The position numbers and the translations under genes were made by a program. Source: Dehalococcoidia bacterium (GTDB lineage Bacteria; Chloroflexota; Dehalococcoidia; SM23-28-2; RBG-16-64-32). Taken from it: a stretch of DNA of 64,000 nucleotides. The stretch lies in contig JAUSFE010000040.1 in assembly GCA_030649945.1 (NCBI GenBank), forward strand, positions 26,266 to 90,265, given 5' to 3'. Below the pieces are notes generated by a model that did not search any database, was not told the DNA's origin, and saw only the letters and a program-made list of their open reading frames with translations. Below, piece after piece: positions 47,190 through 57,114 of the stretch. The number at the start of each line of letters is the position of its first letter. The first letter of the stretch is position 1.

Positions 47190-47215
47190 GGCCACCCGTG
47201 ATCTTGGCGCACAGC
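47190..47215 (+). repeat. Repeat B2
   Basis: GGCCACCCGTGATCTTGGCGCACAGC, exact copy of 45368-45393. Confidence 0.85.
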
Positions 47216-47241
47216 TTCCCGCTATCCGGGCCGGCCGCCCG

Positions 47242-49038
47242 CTACCGCCCCGGCGCGTCCGCCAGCAGCGCCACCGGCAGGTCAACCAGCTTCGCCCGCA
47301 GGTACTCGCCCAGGCTCTTCGCCTGCGGGTCCGTCCGCGTCGAGGAGGCGACGCCCTCGCCCAGCAGCCCGGCCACCACGAAGTTGAGCGCCCTCAGGTT
47401 CGGCAGCTCGTAGCGCCGCACCTCCAGCTCCCGCGCCTCCGCCACCAGCGCCTTGAACCGCTCCACCGTCAGGTACTCCGCCAGCCAGGCGTAGCCGGCG
47501 TCGCTGCGCGCCCAGACGCCCACGTTCGCGTTGCCGCCCTTGTCGCCGGAGCGGGCGCCAAAGGCCGCGCCCAGCGGCACGCGCGCCGTCGGGCCGCCCG
47601 GGCCGCCTGAGGCGGACACGCGGGGCACAGCCACTGGCTCTACCGGCGCACGGACATCCGCCTGCACCAGCGGGACGTGCACCCGCGAGCCGTCGTGCGC
47701 CACGACCACCTGGTCGATGGCGTCCGCCGCGACGAGCGCCGGCCAGTACACGCCGTACGCGCTCTCCGCGGCGGGCCCGGACGTCATGTGGAAGCCCGGG
47801 TAGTTCGCCAGCGCCATCTCCACGACCTTGCCGGAGAACTCGCGGCCCACTTTGCGCGGGTCCTTGTCCTTTACGGTGACCCGCAGGGTGGCGCCGGCCT
47901 CCTCGTTCGACGGCGGGTCCTCCCGGTCGGTCCGCGTCAGCTTCACGGTCACCTCGCCGAAGCGTTCCTTGCCGCCCAGCTCCGCGAACAGCGTCTCCTC
48001 CGCGAGCTTCGCCTTCTCCTCGATGTCCAGCCCGGTGAGGACGAACGTCATCGTGCTCCGGAAGCCGCCGAGGTAGTTGATGCACACCTTCGCCGTATCC
48101 GGGGCCGGCTCGCCGCGCACGCCGGTCACCAGCACGCGGTCCGGGCCTTCCTGCTCCAGGCGGATGGTGTCGAACCGCGCCACCACGTCCGGGTTCAGGT
48201 AGCGCTCGCCCGCGATCTCGTAGAGCAGCTGCGCCGTGACCGTGCCCACGGAGACGAGGCCGCCCGTGCCCTCGTGCTTGGTGACGACGAACGACCCGTC
48301 CTCGCGCATCTCCGCCAGCGGGAAGCCGGGGTGCTGAAGGCCGGGCACCTCCTGGAAGAACGAGTAGTTGCCGCCGGTGGCCTGGGCGCCGCACTCCAGG
48401 ATGTGGCCCGCGACCACTGCCGAGGCCAGGCGGTCCCAGTCGGACTTGCCCCAGCCGAAGTGCCAGGCCGCCGGCCCCACCACCAGCGAGGCGTCGGTGA
48501 CGCGGGGGCAGACGACCACGTCGGCGCCCGTGTTGAGCGCCTCGACGATCCCCCAGGCGCCCAGGTAGGCATTGGCGGCCACGGGCTCGATGCCGGATCC
48601 GGCGAGCGGGCGGCCGCTGTCCAGGTGCGCCAGCTTCTCGCCGCGCGCCTGCAGCTCGGGCAGCTTCGCGAGCACGTCGTCGCCCTCGATGTGCGCGATG
48701 TTCGCCTGCAACCCCAGGCCGTCCGCCAGCTCGCGCAGGCGCGCCGCCAGCGCCGCCGGGTTCAGCCCGCCGGCGTTCGTGACAATCTTGATGCCCCGGT
48801 CCAGGCACGTCCCCAGCACCTCTTCCATCTGCCGCACGAACGTCAGCGCGTAGCCGCCATTGCTGTCCTTCTGCTTCATCTTCCAGAGGATGAGCAGCGT
48901 CAGCTCGGCCAGATAGTCGCCGGTGAGGAAGTCGATGGGCCCGCCCTCCACCATCTCGCGAGCGGCGGCCAGACGGTCGCCGTAAAAGCCCGAGCAGTTG
49001 GCGACGCGGAGGACTGGTTTCGCCGGCTCTCGCATCAC
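47242..49038 (-). CDS. Acyclic terpene utilization AtuA-family protein (DUF1446)
   Basis: NCSGFYGDR, DYLAELT, GHILECGAQATGGN, ARSGDKG. Confidence 0.92.
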   Translation of the reverse strand: MMREPAKPVLRVANCSGFYGDRLAAAREMVEGGPIDFLTGDYLAELTLLILWKMKQKDSNGGYALTFVRQMEEVLGTCLDRGIKIVTNAGGLNPAALAARLRELADGLGLQANIAHIEGDDVLAKLPELQARGEKLAHLDSGRPLAGSGIEPVAANAYLGAWGIVEALNTGADVVVCPRVTDASLVVGPAAWHFGWGKSDWDRLASAVVAGHILECGAQATGGNYSFFQEVPGLQHPGFPLAEMREDGSFVVTKHEGTGGLVSVGTVTAQLLYEIAGERYLNPDVVARFDTIRLEQEGPDRVLVTGVRGEPAPDTAKVCINYLGGFRSTMTFVLTGLDIEEKAKLAEETLFAELGGKERFGEVTVKLTRTDREDPPSNEEAGATLRVTVKDKDPRKVGREFSGKVVEMALANYPGFHMTSGPAAESAYGVYWPALVAADAIDQVVVAHDGSRVHVPLVQADVRAPVEPVAVPRVSASGGPGGPTARVPLGAAFGARSGDKGGNANVGVWARSDAGYAWLAEYLTVERFKALVAEARELEVRRYELPNLRALNFVVAGLLGEGVASSTRTDPQAKSLGEYLRAKLVDLPVALLADAPGR

Positions 49039-49814
49039 GAGCCCTCCGCCCAGCGCGGCGGCCGCTTTTCCGCGAACGCCGTCATCCCCTCGCGCGCCTC
49101 CTCCGAGGCGAAGTACTGCGCCGACAGCTCGGACGTCATCGCGAAGGCAGCGTCCAGGTCCATCCCCGGCACCTCGCGCACCAGCCGCTTGCAGCCCGCC
49201 AGCGCCGCCGGCGAGCCCTTAAGGATGCTGGCGGCGTAGCGCCCGACGGCCGCGTCCAGCTGGTCCGCGGGCACAGCGGCGTTCAGCAGGCCCAGGCGCG
49301 CGGCCTCAACCGCGTCGATCGTGTCGCCGGTGAGGAAGAGCTCCATCGTCTTCGTGACACCCAGCTTCGGCAGGACGACAACGGAGATGATCGCGGGGAT
49401 CAGGCCGAGCCGCACCTCGCTGAAGGCGAAGGTCGCGCTGTCCACGGAAACGGCGATGTCGCAGGCGGCGACGAGGCCGATGCCGCCGGCGCGCGTGGGG
49501 CCGTTGACACGCGCGATGACAGGCTTGGGCGAATGCCAGATCTGTTTGAGGATGGCCACCAGCCCTCCCGGTCCCGCGCCCGGCCCCCCGATCCTGTCGG
49601 GGCGCGCCTCCTTCAGGTCGGCGCCGGAGCAGAAGGCGGGCCCCGCGCCGGTCAGCACGATCAGCCGCGCGCGATCGTCGGCGAGCGCCGCGTCCAGGCT
49701 CTCCTGAAGCCCGGCCATGAGGCCGCGGGAGAGCGCGTTGCGGTTCGGGGGCGAGTCGAGCGTGACCGTGGCGACCCCGCCGGCAATTTCGAGGCGCACG
49801 AGCTCGCCGCTCAC
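49035..49814 (-). CDS. Enoyl-CoA hydratase-family protein
   Basis: GTG at 49814; RNAL, FCSGADL, AGGIGLVAACD, FSEVRLG. Confidence 0.92.
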   Translation of the reverse strand: MSGELVRLEIAGGVATVTLDSPPNRNALSRGLMAGLQESLDAALADDRARLIVLTGAGPAFCSGADLKEARPDRIGGPGAGPGGLVAILKQIWHSPKPVIARVNGPTRAGGIGLVAACDIAVSVDSATFAFSEVRLGLIPAIISVVVLPKLGVTKTMELFLTGDTIDAVEAARLGLLNAAVPADQLDAAVGRYAASILKGSPAALAGCKRLVREVPGMDLDAAFAMTSELSAQYFASEEAREGMTAFAEKRPPRWAEGS

Positions 49815-50620
49815 GCCCGCTTCTCCCCGGCGAACTGCCCGGGCCGGCGCCCCTGCCCCGGCGGGCCGGCGAACGCCTGGGCGATGGACATCCACTCCTC
49901 GGCCGCCGGGCCCCGGACCTCCAGGCCCGTGTCCGCTACGTGACGGCGCTGCGTGACCACCCGGCAGAAGTCGGTCGCCGTGCCCCGCACCACGTCCTGC
50001 GCGTCCGCCTCGCCGAGCACCCACGTCTCGCCCGCAGGCGACGTGAGTTCGACCCGCACTCCTGCGGCCGGCGCTTGCAGGCCCCGGACCATGTAGCTGT
50101 ACGGGCGCGTGCGCACCCCCAGGAACGCCACATGCCGCAGCCTGTCCGTGTCCGGGCGGTCGCCCCCAACCACATCCACGATATCTAGGCCGTGCGACCA
50201 GGTTTCCATCAGCCGGGCGGTAATAAAGGACACCGCGCCCATGTCCGGCCCAAACCAGGGCAGACGCGCCTTCGGGTCCACGGTGCGCGCCGCCGCGATC
50301 AGCCCGCCGCTTGCTGCGCGCCACCAGCCCAGGACGCCGGCGGGCGCCATCTCCCGCCCGCGCGCCAGGTAGCGGGCCTCCGCATCCGGGGCGGCCTGCA
50401 TGAAGGCGCGCGCCTCCGCTGCGAAGGCTTCGCGGTCCGTGATCGCCAGCGACGCCGCCTCGTCGAAGAACGCCAGGTGGGAGACCTGGTCGCGCGCAGA
50501 CCAGCCGGGCGCGTGCGTCGGCGTGTCCCAGACCGCCGCGGGGAAGGCGTCCAGCACCTTCCCCAGCGCCGCCTGTTCGGCCGCCAGGTCGTCGATGATC
50601 TCGTCCGGCGTGGTGCTCAT
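49811..50620 (-). CDS. TIGR03084-like (MDMPI/DinB superfamily) metal-binding protein
   Basis: PGWSARDQVSHL, ARLMETWSHG.D, VTQRRH. Confidence 0.85.
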   Translation of the reverse strand: MSTTPDEIIDDLAAEQAALGKVLDAFPAAVWDTPTHAPGWSARDQVSHLAFFDEAASLAITDREAFAAEARAFMQAAPDAEARYLARGREMAPAGVLGWWRAASGGLIAAARTVDPKARLPWFGPDMGAVSFITARLMETWSHGLDIVDVVGGDRPDTDRLRHVAFLGVRTRPYSYMVRGLQAPAAGVRVELTSPAGETWVLGEADAQDVVRGTATDFCRVVTQRRHVADTGLEVRGPAAEEWMSIAQAFAGPPGQGRRPGQFAGEKRA

Positions 50621-52602
50621 GTCTTGCTCTCCCCCGTGTCCACAACCAGCAGGATCTGCCCGGCCTCCACCTGCGCGCCGGCGGTGACGCGCACCTGCTG
50701 CACGGTGCCGTCTTGCGTGCAGGTGATCAGATGCTCCATCTTCATCGCTTCCAGGATGATCAACACCTCTCCCGCGCTCACCCGCCGGCCGGGTTCGACG
50801 TTCACTACCACGACCTTGCCCGGCATGGGCGCCGCGTAGCCTCCCGCCACCTCCTCCCGCTCGGGCTCAGGGAAGCGGGGCGTCTCCACCAGCCGTACCT
50901 CGCCCGCTGCGCTCTGCACCCAGTGACGAAGGCCGTCGCTGACCACCGAGAACGCGCGCTGCACGCCGTCGATCTCAAGTTCAATGCGCCCGTCTCCCGA
51001 CCGGATGATGCGCGCCCGGCCGACCTGCCCGTCGATCTCGTAGGTGAAGCCGCCATCGCGATGGCGCAAGTACCTGGCGATGACCTCCTCGCCGCGGTGC
51101 ACGCAGCGCACCTCTTGCATCACCGACGGGTTGTTCCGCCAGCCGGAGGGAGGGGTCTTGAGCACGCGCGCCTCGGCCCGGTGCGCCTGCTGCGCGCCCA
51201 GGGCGACCGCAAGCGCCGCCGCCCGCACTTCCTCAGCCCCCACATGGCGCTCGCGCGGCGGATTGTGCCTCTCGATGAAGTCAGTGCTCGTGTCGCCCGC
51301 CAGGAAGGCATCGTGCCGCAGCACGTTCACCAGGAAGTCGCGGTTGGTCGTCACGCCGTGCACTCGCAGCCGCTCCAGCACGTTCGCCAGCCGCAGGGCC
51401 GCCTCCGTGCGCGTGGGCGCGTGGACGATGACCTTGGCGAGCAGGGGGTCGAAGTGCACCGACACATCGGAGCCGCTCTCCACACCGGACTCGAACCGCG
51501 CCGGCAGCGCCGGGTCCGGTTCCCACGCCACCAGGCGGCCGGTGGCCGGCAGGAAATCGTGCGCCGGGTCCTCGGCGTACACGCGCGCCTCGATCGCATG
51601 GCCGTTGAGGCGCAGGTCTTCCTGGCCGAAGGAGAGCGGGTCGCCCTCCGCCACCCGGATCTGCTCGCGGACCAGGTCCAGGCCCGTCACCTCCTCGGTC
51701 ACCGGGTGCTCCACCTGCAGCCGGGTGTTCATCTCCAGGAAATGGAACTTCCGGCGCTTGTCCAGCAGGAACTCGACGGTGCCGGCGTTGTCGTAACCAA
51801 TAGCGCGGGCGGCCGCCACGGCAGCCTCTCCCAGCCTGAGCCCCAGCGCCGCATCAACCGCCGGCGAGGGCGCCTCCTCGATGATCTTCTGGTGGCGGCG
51901 CTGGATGGAGCACTCCCGCTCGAAGCAGTGCACCACGTTCCCGTGCCTGTCGCCCATGACCTGCACCTCTACGTGGCGCGCGCCCTGCAGGTAGCGCTCC
52001 AGGAACACCGTGTCGTTACCGAACGCCGCCGCGGCTTCGCGCCGGGCGCCGGCCACAGCCTCCGCCAGCGCGGCCTCGTTGCCCACTACGCGCATCCCCT
52101 TCCCGCCGCCGCCGCCCGCTGCCTTCACCAGCAGCGGGTAGCCCACCGGGCGCCCCTGCTCGCAGATCTCGGCGGCGGTCCCGCCCGTGACCTCAACGGC
52201 CGGCAGAGTGGGCACCCGCGCCTCCGTCATCAGCTTCTTGGCGGACAGCTTGTCCCCCATGGCGGCGATGGCCTCCGGCCGCGGGCCCACCCAGATGAGG
52301 CCGGCGCCGATGACGGCGCGCGCAAACTCCGCGCTCTCGGCGAGGAAGCCATAGCCGGGGTGGACGGCATCCGCCCCCGCGCGCCGGGCGGCCTCGAGGA
52401 GCTTCGCCGCGTCCAGGTAGGTCTCCGCGCTGGTGTTACCCCACAGCGCCACCGCCTCGTCCGCATCGCGCACAAACGGGGCGGCGGCATCGGCATCGGC
52501 GTAGACGGCGACGGTCGCGATGCCCATCTCGCGCGCTGTCCGCGTGATGCGGCGGGCGATCTCGCCGCGGTTGGCGATCAGCAGCCTGGTGATCCGCGGC
52601 AT
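50617..52602 (-). CDS. Acyl-CoA carboxylase alpha subunit (biotin carboxylase + BCCP)
   Basis: IANRGEIA, HPGYGFL, EMNTRLQVEHPVTE, EAMKM. Confidence 0.96.
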   Translation of the reverse strand: MPRITRLLIANRGEIARRITRTAREMGIATVAVYADADAAAPFVRDADEAVALWGNTSAETYLDAAKLLEAARRAGADAVHPGYGFLAESAEFARAVIGAGLIWVGPRPEAIAAMGDKLSAKKLMTEARVPTLPAVEVTGGTAAEICEQGRPVGYPLLVKAAGGGGGKGMRVVGNEAALAEAVAGARREAAAAFGNDTVFLERYLQGARHVEVQVMGDRHGNVVHCFERECSIQRRHQKIIEEAPSPAVDAALGLRLGEAAVAAARAIGYDNAGTVEFLLDKRRKFHFLEMNTRLQVEHPVTEEVTGLDLVREQIRVAEGDPLSFGQEDLRLNGHAIEARVYAEDPAHDFLPATGRLVAWEPDPALPARFESGVESGSDVSVHFDPLLAKVIVHAPTRTEAALRLANVLERLRVHGVTTNRDFLVNVLRHDAFLAGDTSTDFIERHNPPRERHVGAEEVRAAALAVALGAQQAHRAEARVLKTPPSGWRNNPSVMQEVRCVHRGEEVIARYLRHRDGGFTYEIDGQVGRARIIRSGDGRIELEIDGVQRAFSVVSDGLRHWVQSAAGEVRLVETPRFPEPEREEVAGGYAAPMPGKVVVVNVEPGRRVSAGEVLIILEAMKMEHLITCTQDGTVQQVRVTAGAQVEAGQILLVVDTGESKT

Positions 52603-52607
52603 CTGCG

Positions 52608-54236
52608 CTACATCCGGAAGACGCCGTAACCTTCGGCGCCTTTGACTTCGGCGTTATGGCAGGCGGAAAGGGCGATCCCCAGCACCGTGCGCGTGTCGCG
52701 AGGGTCGATGATGCCGTCGTCGGCCACGCGGCCGGTGGCGTAGAGCGCCAGCGACTCCTTCTCCGACCGGTCCTCCACCGCCGCCGTGATGCGGGCGTCC
52801 TCCTCCTCATCGAACGGGCGCCCGGCGGCGGCCGCTGACCCGCGCCGCACGATCGACATGACGCCGGCCAGCTGCTTCGGGCCCATGACCGCGATCTTCG
52901 CCGTGGGCCAGGTGAACACGAAGCGCGTGTCGTACGCCCGGCCGCCCATGCCGTAGTTCCCCGCGCCGTAGCTGGCGCCGATGATCACCGTGAGGTGCGG
53001 CACCGTGGAATTGGAGACCGCATTGATCATCTTGGAACCGTCCTTGACGATGCCCCCCTGCTCGTAAACCTTGCCGACCATGTAGCCGGTGATGTTCTGC
53101 AAGAAAATGATCGGAACGTCAATCTGGTTGCAGAGCTGAATGAACTGGGTGGCCTTCTGCGACTCCTCCGAGAAGAGCACACCGTTATTGCCCAGAATGC
53201 CCACCGGGAACCCGTGGACCGAGGCCCAGCCGGTGACCAGCGTGCGGCCGTAGAGCGGCTTGAACTCCTCGAAACGAGAGCCGTCCACCACGCGCGCGAT
53301 CACCTCGCGGATGTCAATCGGGGTGCGCAGGTCGACCGGCAGCAGGCCCAGGAGCTCCTCGGTGGGATACAGCGGCTCGTCCGCGGGCAGCGTCGGCCCC
53401 GGGCCCAGCTTGCGCCAGTTGAGGTGCGCTATGACGCTGCGCGTGATGCGCAGCGCGTCCAGCTCATCCTCCGCCAGGTAGTCGGCCAGGCCGGACATCG
53501 TGGCGTGCATCTCTGCGCCGCCCAGCTCCTCGTCGCTCGAGTCCTCGCCCGTCGCCATCTTCACCAGCGGCGGGCCGCCCAGGAACACCTTGGAGCGTCC
53601 CCGGATGAAGATGTTGTAGTCCGACATGCCCGGCTGGTAGGCGCCGCCGGCCGTCGAGCTGCCGAAGACAAGCGAAACCGTGGGGATCCTGGCCGCCGAG
53701 AGCGCCGTTATGTCGTGGAAGAACCGCCCGCTCTCCGCGAAGTGGCCCAGCTGCCGTTGCATCTCGGCCTCGGCGGAGTCCTCCCCGCGTCGCAGGTCCG
53801 CGCCCGCCGACTCGACGAACTGGACATACGGCAGCCGGTTGAGCCGGGAGATCTCCAGCGCGCGATCCGTCTTCTTCATAGAGACCGGCGTGATGGCGCC
53901 GCCCAGCACCGTCGGGTCGTTGGCCGCGATGATGCACTCCACGCCGGACACGACGCCGATGCCCGTAACCAGCCCGCCACCGACGGTGTAGTTGGTGCAG
54001 TAGCCCGCCAGCGGGCTCAGCTCCAGGAAGGGCGAATCCGGGTCCAGCAGCAGCTCGATGCGCTCGCGCACCAGCAGCTTGCCGCGCTGCCGGTGACGGG
54101 CGACGCTGCGCTCGCCGCCGCCGGCCCGGGCCAGCTCCAGCTGCACCTCGATCTCCTGGAGCAGCGCCGCCATGGCTTCGCGGTTCGCCTGGAAGCCCTC
54201 AGAGTCCGTGTCAATTCGCGTTTGCCAGCGTTCCAC
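52608..54236 (-). CDS. Acyl-CoA carboxylase beta subunit
   Basis: RERIELLLD, TAGGAY, LQNITG, SYGAGNYGM. Confidence 0.96.
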   Translation of the reverse strand: MERWQTRIDTDSEGFQANREAMAALLQEIEVQLELARAGGGERSVARHRQRGKLLVRERIELLLDPDSPFLELSPLAGYCTNYTVGGGLVTGIGVVSGVECIIAANDPTVLGGAITPVSMKKTDRALEISRLNRLPYVQFVESAGADLRRGEDSAEAEMQRQLGHFAESGRFFHDITALSAARIPTVSLVFGSSTAGGAYQPGMSDYNIFIRGRSKVFLGGPPLVKMATGEDSSDEELGGAEMHATMSGLADYLAEDELDALRITRSVIAHLNWRKLGPGPTLPADEPLYPTEELLGLLPVDLRTPIDIREVIARVVDGSRFEEFKPLYGRTLVTGWASVHGFPVGILGNNGVLFSEESQKATQFIQLCNQIDVPIIFLQNITGYMVGKVYEQGGIVKDGSKMINAVSNSTVPHLTVIIGASYGAGNYGMGGRAYDTRFVFTWPTAKIAVMGPKQLAGVMSIVRRGSAAAAGRPFDEEEDARITAAVEDRSEKESLALYATGRVADDGIIDPRDTRTVLGIALSACHNAEVKGAEGYGVFRM

Positions 54237-54510
54237 TCGTCCATCGCCCCCTGTGTGTCAGGCCTTGAGCGCAGGAGCCGGCCGGGGCGGCCCACCGGGG
54301 CGCGTGGCCGGCGGTTCCTTTCGCTGCGACCCGTATTGTAGGCGGGCGCATCCCATGGGCGCAATTTGTCTGTACAATAGGCCCGCCCAGGCACCATGAC
54401 CCGGGGGGACGCAACCACGGCGAATGCCGAGGCAAGGCTCAGGTCAGTGTCGGGACGAGAAAGGTGGCGGAACGCCGCGCCGATCCAGGCCATCGGAATT
54501 GGCAGCGATC

Positions 54511-55644
54511 CTAAGGCTGTTTTTCGGTGTCACCCGGGTCGATGCAGGGCAGTTCTGCCGTGATCGTGGTGCCCTCGCGGGGCACTGAACGAATGTCCAG
54601 AGTGCCGCCCACGAGACGGGCCCGCTCATCCATTCCCAGCAGCCCCAGCTTGCCCGTCTCGCCCAGCTCGCTCAGAGGTCCCGCCAACCTGAATCCACAC
54701 CCGTTGTCCGCCACGGTCAGCGTGATCCGGCCCCGCCGGCCGTGCAGAGAGACGACGGCCGCGGTCGCGCCTGAGTGCCGGCCGACGTTGCGCAAGGCCT
54801 CCTGGGCGATGCGGAACAGCAGCAACTGCGTCTCCTGCGAATGCTCCGGCAGGGCTCCCACCACCTCCACACGAGCCTCGATGCCGTACTGGTCGAGGAG
54901 GGTATCGGCGAGCCACTTCAGGGCGGCGACGAGGCCTTGATCATCGAAGACGCGCGGCCGCAGGTGCTGAGTGAGACGGCGGAGGTCAGTGAGGGTCCTG
55001 ACCGTTTCGGCACGCAGATCTTGCAGCTCCGACGCCACCTCTGACGAAAGGCGGAAGCCTTCGTCGGCGGCCAGGCGGTCCAGCCGCTGGCAGGTAAGAA
55101 GAAGCGCCTGCGCCGTGTCGTCGTGCAGCTCCATGGCGATGCGCTTGCGCTCGTCCTCCTGTGACGTCAGTACCTGGCGCACGAAGTAACGCAGGCCATT
55201 GCGCATCCTCCTCTGCGTCGCCGCCTCCTTGATCTGTTGGGTTACGGCGACGACCGAGAGCCCACCTACTACCATGATGCCGGCCATCTCCGACAATGCG
55301 TGGTCGGTGTGCGGCGAGTTCACCACCGCCCGCGGAAGGAAGAACGCAAAGGCGACTGCCGCCGTGGCGCCTCCACCCTTGCCGCCGAACACAAATGTGG
55401 CATATACCACCGGCAACAGTATCAGAATCCGCTCTATGCTCTGTCTGACTGTAATGTTGATCGGGCAACCATCCGCTACGGCGGAGAGGAGGGGAAGCAT
55501 ATCTGCGTAGTGAGCCAGGATGGCCGCCGAAAGCATGGCGACGGTGAGCGAAAGGCGAAACAGGTATCCGTCCGCTCTTGGCCCGGCCAGCCCGAGGCGA
55601 TCTTGCCAGCGGCGGACGTCGATTCGCGGTGCCGCGATCTCCAT
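54511..55644 (-). CDS. NarX/UhpB-type sensor histidine kinase
   Basis: TM helices; QEDERKRIAMELHDD, QEALRNV, DNGCGF, GLLGM.ERA. Confidence 0.93.
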   Translation of the reverse strand: MEIAAPRIDVRRWQDRLGLAGPRADGYLFRLSLTVAMLSAAILAHYADMLPLLSAVADGCPINITVRQSIERILILLPVVYATFVFGGKGGGATAAVAFAFFLPRAVVNSPHTDHALSEMAGIMVVGGLSVVAVTQQIKEAATQRRMRNGLRYFVRQVLTSQEDERKRIAMELHDDTAQALLLTCQRLDRLAADEGFRLSSEVASELQDLRAETVRTLTDLRRLTQHLRPRVFDDQGLVAALKWLADTLLDQYGIEARVEVVGALPEHSQETQLLLFRIAQEALRNVGRHSGATAAVVSLHGRRGRITLTVADNGCGFRLAGPLSELGETGKLGLLGMDERARLVGGTLDIRSVPREGTTITAELPCIDPGDTEKQP

Positions 55645-55658
55645 TAGGGTCTTAAGTC

Positions 55659-56384
55659 CTAAATTGGCTCCTGAGCGCCAACGTCAGGGGCCCTCGGTGT
55701 CACGTCTTCCATGCGGATCCAGCCCTTGCGCAGAGCCTGCAGCACCGCTTCGGTCCGCGAGCCAACGCCCGTCTTGTTGAAGATGTTGACCAAATGGGCC
55801 TTCACGGTCGGGAGACTGAGGGCCAGCTCGGTGGCGATCTCCTTGTTGCTTAAACCGCTGGCAGCGAGGCCCAGTACCGCCAACTCGCGTTCTGTCGGCC
55901 GTTCGCCGCTGGTGGACGGCAGGGCGGGACCGGGCGTGCGGGCCGCCATGACCAGGAGCCTGGCCGTCACGGCCGGATGAAGCACGGCGTCCCCCGCGTG
56001 GATTGCGCGAATGGCCTGGATCACCTCCTGACCGCACGAGTGCTTCAGGAGGTACCCGGCGACGCCGGCCTCTAGCAGGCCAAGCACGTACCGGTCATCG
56101 TCATAGGCGCTGAGGATGATGACTGCGGTGGTGGGGTTGGACACCTTGATCCGTTTAGTCGCTTCGATGCCGTTGAGTTCCGGCATCACCACATCCATCA
56201 GGACAACATCGGGTTCGAGGGCCTGGACTATTGCCACGGCCTCCGCGCCGTTGGCCGCTTCGCCAACGACCTGCATGTCCGGCTCCTTCTCCAGAACCCT
56301 GCGCAGGCCCTCTCGCAGCAGGCTGTGATCGTCCACCAGCACGACGCTAATCACTTTCCATGTCTCCTGCTCCACCCCTACCAC
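55659..56384 (-). CDS. NarL/LuxR-family response regulator
   Basis: VDDH, LMDV.MP, SNKEIA, TVKAH. Confidence 0.94.
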   Translation of the reverse strand: MVGVEQETWKVISVVLVDDHSLLREGLRRVLEKEPDMQVVGEAANGAEAVAIVQALEPDVVLMDVVMPELNGIEATKRIKVSNPTTAVIILSAYDDDRYVLGLLEAGVAGYLLKHSCGQEVIQAIRAIHAGDAVLHPAVTARLLVMAARTPGPALPSTSGERPTERELAVLGLAASGLSNKEIATELALSLPTVKAHLVNIFNKTGVGSRTEAVLQALRKGWIRMEDVTPRAPDVGAQEPI

Positions 56385-56423
56385 AGGATATTGTGTGACG
56401 ATTCACGAATGCTGTCCAGAACC

Positions 56424-56483
56424 TTTAGTACTAAACCTATTGACCCGTACCTATCTCAATCTACTGACGCGTACCTATCTAAA
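56424..56483. promoter_or_regulatory. Putative regulator binding sites in a divergent promoter
   Basis: Palindrome TTTAGTACTAAA 56424-56435; 23-bp direct repeat at 56437 and 56461 with 3 mismatches. Confidence 0.6.
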
Positions 56484-56712
56484 CGACGAGGGCGATGCAT
56501 TCTGCTGGCCGACGTGCGGCACCACTGGCGGTGCGACAGTGAGGATGGAAGGTCAAGAGGAGATACCAAGGTGGCAATCATTCGAGGCTCGCGTCGAACA
56601 ACCAAGGCGCCTCGGCTCCATTGTTACCCCCATCGTGATGGCCCTAGGTTGGATGGTGGCGAGGAGCGAAAAAGAGACCCGGACTGTAGCGCTGGAACAG
56701 GAGGCTAGGGAA

Positions 56713-57066
56713 ATGGACGGCACGATTTGCGTCTTCCTGGTTGATCTGCCCCTTCTCACGTTGGTGCTGGCTGTGATCGGCGTCATTGCCTGGAATCGGA
56801 ACGGCGGGGCCATGTCCGTACTGGGCAGGGGTATTCCAATGGACATGAAGTTCGTCGGGATAGCGGCGATGGTCGTCCTGTGGCTGTTGCTGAGCGTGGC
56901 CTCTATGTGTCTCGCCTTTCTCGGTGGCCTGGTGGTCTTCTATGTCCTGCTGTTCTGGCTGGGACACGTGGCTGCCAGCATCGGGGCTGTTCTGATCCTG
57001 ACGTTCCTGGCGTCCATCCCATTCTTCTGGGGGTGGGCGTTGCTCAGATCAGGCGAACAGCGATAG
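56713..57066 (+). CDS. Small membrane protein; start uncertain
   Basis: Hydrophobic helices in the 3' half of ORF 56395-57066. Confidence 0.5.
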   Translation: MDGTICVFLVDLPLLTLVLAVIGVIAWNRNGGAMSVLGRGIPMDMKFVGIAAMVVLWLLLSVASMCLAFLGGLVVFYVLLFWLGHVAASIGAVLILTFLASIPFFWGWALLRSGEQR

Positions 57067-57114
57067 GCCCGGCAGACGGAACATTGCCCGGAGGCGTGTG
57101 TCAGGAGCGGACAC

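Noticed and set aside
49035..50645. 536-aa enoyl-CoA hydratase fusion from the ORF track
   Set aside because: The N-terminal half overlaps the TIGR03084-like gene in another frame; the real start is GTG at 49814.
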